Under the pieces are notes generated by a model. That model ran no database searches and was not told where the DNA came from. It saw nothing but the letters and a program-made list of their open reading frames with translations. From Gonapodya sp. JEL0774 (Eukaryota), in the NCBI GenBank assembly GCA_027604505.1, contig JADIIX010000028.1, forward strand, positions 124,001 through 188,000: DNA of 64,000 nucleotides, given 5' to 3'. Shown piece after piece: positions 61,303 through 64,000 of the stretch. Position numbers and translations under genes: made by a program. Every line of letters begins with the position of its first letter. The first letter of the stretch is position 1.

Positions 61303-64000
61303 GCGCCCCGCTCCTGCTCAGACGCGTCCCGTCCCATAGAACATGGGTGCCAACGCTCGAGACATGGGTGAGGAAGCTGGAGAACGGAGCTTGGAGGAAG
61401 TGAGATCGAGAGAAGCAAAAGAAATCACTTGCCAAAAGGACATCGTAAACTTACACCACACTTTGCATCCTTCGCTTGCATGTCATGCGGTCCACCCTTC
61501 CCCGCACGTTGCATTCTGCCTCACTCTCGGTGGTTCCTTGGGGTCCTACCGTCGCGGTCTTTTGTCACACGGGGCGCTTATAAAGTTTTGATTCCACTTT
61601 CCTTCTCCGCTGCTCCTCGTCAGGACCCTGGACCACCAAACGGCGTTCTGACCAGTCGGCACTGCGTCCCCGCTGTAGCTTGGTTCACCCTCCACCTCTT
61701 GGGCTTAGCGGTGACCGATCGAGCAAACGTAAATGTGTCGTGGATGTCAGCGCGGATGAGGGAAAACGGATACGTCTGGATGAGGAAAAGTGTGCCGAGG
61801 CGCGGTTGAAGTTGCGAGACGTTGACCTTTACAGCGGGTGTAGAACAGGATGCAAAGTTGACTTTGTCTAACGAACCTATCGCTTCTCAAATTTTGTTCA
61901 CAGATCTCGTCGTGGCAAGGAACCATCACCACTTGTGCACAACTCGGGTGCCAGAAGAGGAACCATTGTTGCGAGGGGATCACTGACGAAACAGAGACGG
62001 AAATTGGTGTGATTTAAAGAAATAGGACGTACGTGTATGTGAGAGACACGGCAGTATAGCTCCCACCCGTCCTTTCTCGGGCGGAGCGGTCTCAGTCCTG
62101 GAAGAGACGAGTTCCTGGTTCCACCCCATCCGAAGTCACCGCCACAACCTTCGGTAGAACTCACAGCACCAACTCCACCATAGTCGTTGATCATTAAATG
62201 CGCACTTACAACCAGAAGCCGGACCCATGTGCTCCACATCAAATTGTTCGACTCACCTTCCACCCCAAAATGTGGCGGCGGGCACGCTTCTCATCTATAC
62301 GCCTAATACTCCCAACAAGTGGGAGAGACTGGGACACTCGGTTGAGGAAAACGGGTCTTGGTGCTGCATTGACGACGCGCGGAGTGCAGTCAGAGGAGTG
62401 TGAGAGAAAAAGGAGACTAGTGCGACCGGAAAGGGAAATTAGGCGGGTTAGGAGGGGGAAAGGAACAGCAAACAAACGTCGTGAGTGTGCGGCAACTGAC
62501 TCGTTCGATTCCGCATTCTGTTTTGGCTTACCGCGGGGTTGTGGTGTTGAGGCGCACATCCGGTCCATGATTCTTCCGTAAGGATCAGCTGATTTGTCGT
62601 GCCAGTCTCCAAATTGAACCTTGACTCACCAGCACAACCCGCGACTGCACCGTCGCGACATTGCTCGGCGCTGAGTCCCGCCACAAACGGCCAAGCGCAC
62701 GCTCCATACACACAGCGGCCCCTTTGTGAGTCGCCACCACGTGTCCTCGCATCCATTGAGCCCAAAGTAGTGGCGGGTCCGAAGCGGTCGGTCGAGGAGG
62801 GGATGCCCCATGACGTTGAGGGAGTGAGCGCAAAGGACTGCCGAGGAGACAACACTGTGAGACGGACCTCGGATGAAACAGGGGCGACACCAAAACGGAC
62901 CTTGGGACACACAGTGCCTGCAACGATCTGTGGATTCCGGACTCCAGCGCACCAGCTCAAATTGTGGTGGGGTTGGGCATCAGCGCGGGTACGGGGAACT
63001 CGGGCGAGAGACATCACAATTGGACCCGACATGCTAGCAGTGCCGAGGCGCACCGCCGCAACTCCTCGAACTGGTAGCCGCCAACAAACACGACCCGTAG
63101 TGAAGTATGGTTGAGAGGGAAGTGGGTCGCGAATCTGTACGCGATGTGGAGACAGGGGAGACACAAGTGCCAGGAGGAGTCACGGGAAATATAACATGCG
63201 TGGGCACGTGCGACTTACCGGGTTCTTTGGAGAAAATGACGAAGCTGCGACGCTCATGGCGATACATTTGCTTGGTTCGAGTGCGGGAACATCGGTTTCG
63301 TGGGGATCGAGGGGAACGAGTGAGCGAAGGCTGGGAATGAGAGCGGTCTGAGAGGGAGAGGAGGGAAAGGAATGGGAAAACACAAAACACAAAGAAGTTT
63401 GCACACACCACGTCCAATACTTTCCGATGCGAGAGAGGAAGTGGTTGGGTCAGGGTGGGATTCTTCGTCCGGGACGGGTATGGGACCAAAGCCGCAGTCA
63501 CTGTCATGGGTGGAGATAGTTTTGATCGAGTAAGAACAGCCAGATATCTAGATCCGAGTACCGGGATGTGTTTAGGTGTGAACGGGGCAGTGATCCTATA
63601 GACGGCTCACGACCACTCACAGATCTTGAGCTCGTTGCACCCATACATCCGAGTGGTCCTGTCACCTAACATTTCCTCGGTAGCGAGAACTTAATAGTCA
63701 ACGTGTTGCTTGCGCGTGGAAAATGGTTCGTGAAGGACGAGGATGGTTCCACTGCAGGAAAGAAGCATGACGAGTTGGTAGAGAATGGAGAAGGATGAGG
63801 TGAGAAGATATATCAAACCAAGTACAAAACCACACTGAAGACACAGATGGCGATGTGCTCAACTGCGTCGGTGCATGAGCGACCCATGTTGTCGTGATGG
63901 CCTTGTCCGGGAACACATCGTCATTCACTCACTAAGTTCCTCTCAATTCTGATGAAGCATGTCGGCACCAAAAAATACTGACTTCAACCTCAAGTACGGG

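Noticed and set aside
63949..63990. Hammerhead ribozyme core CTGATGA followed by a small stem
   Set aside because: No GAAA follows stem II, and no matching cleavage-site arms are visible.

Overview
Intron-rich eukaryotic genomic DNA with short GT-AG introns and two small N gaps. Gene content and style suggest a zoosporic or other early-diverging fungus, possibly Monoblepharidomycete-like (inference). I assembled about 20 spliced gene models by hand. Recognisable genes: an NADP-dependent MDR oxidoreductase, a BTB protein, an acyl-CoA thioesterase ending in PTS1, oligoribonuclease, an M18 aspartyl aminopeptidase, a GSI-like glutamine synthetase-family protein, an AVT-type amino-acid transporter, an NlpI-like TPR protein, a Ca3427-like substrate-binding protein, an RNF181-like RING E3, an SDR, two tandem SnoaL/NTF2-like paralogs, a PAT/YncA-like GNAT and an ankyrin-like + TKL kinase. 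Three loci look pseudogenised: an F-box/ankyrin gene, a coiled-coil repeat gene and RNA 3'-phosphate cyclase. The most notable items only appear after splicing or from base composition: (1) a coiled-coil + globin protein with an atypical distal pocket and a C-terminal CaaX box (CKVM), i.e. a candidate prenylated membrane globin; (2) a signal-anchored disordered protein with two Atg8-interacting-type motifs; (3) a non-RD kinase module almost free of CpG fused to a CpG-rich N-terminal domain, with its upstream region duplicated 9.2 kb away. No tRNA, rRNA, CRISPR or intact transposon was recognised. Exon boundaries were read by eye and no database searches were run.
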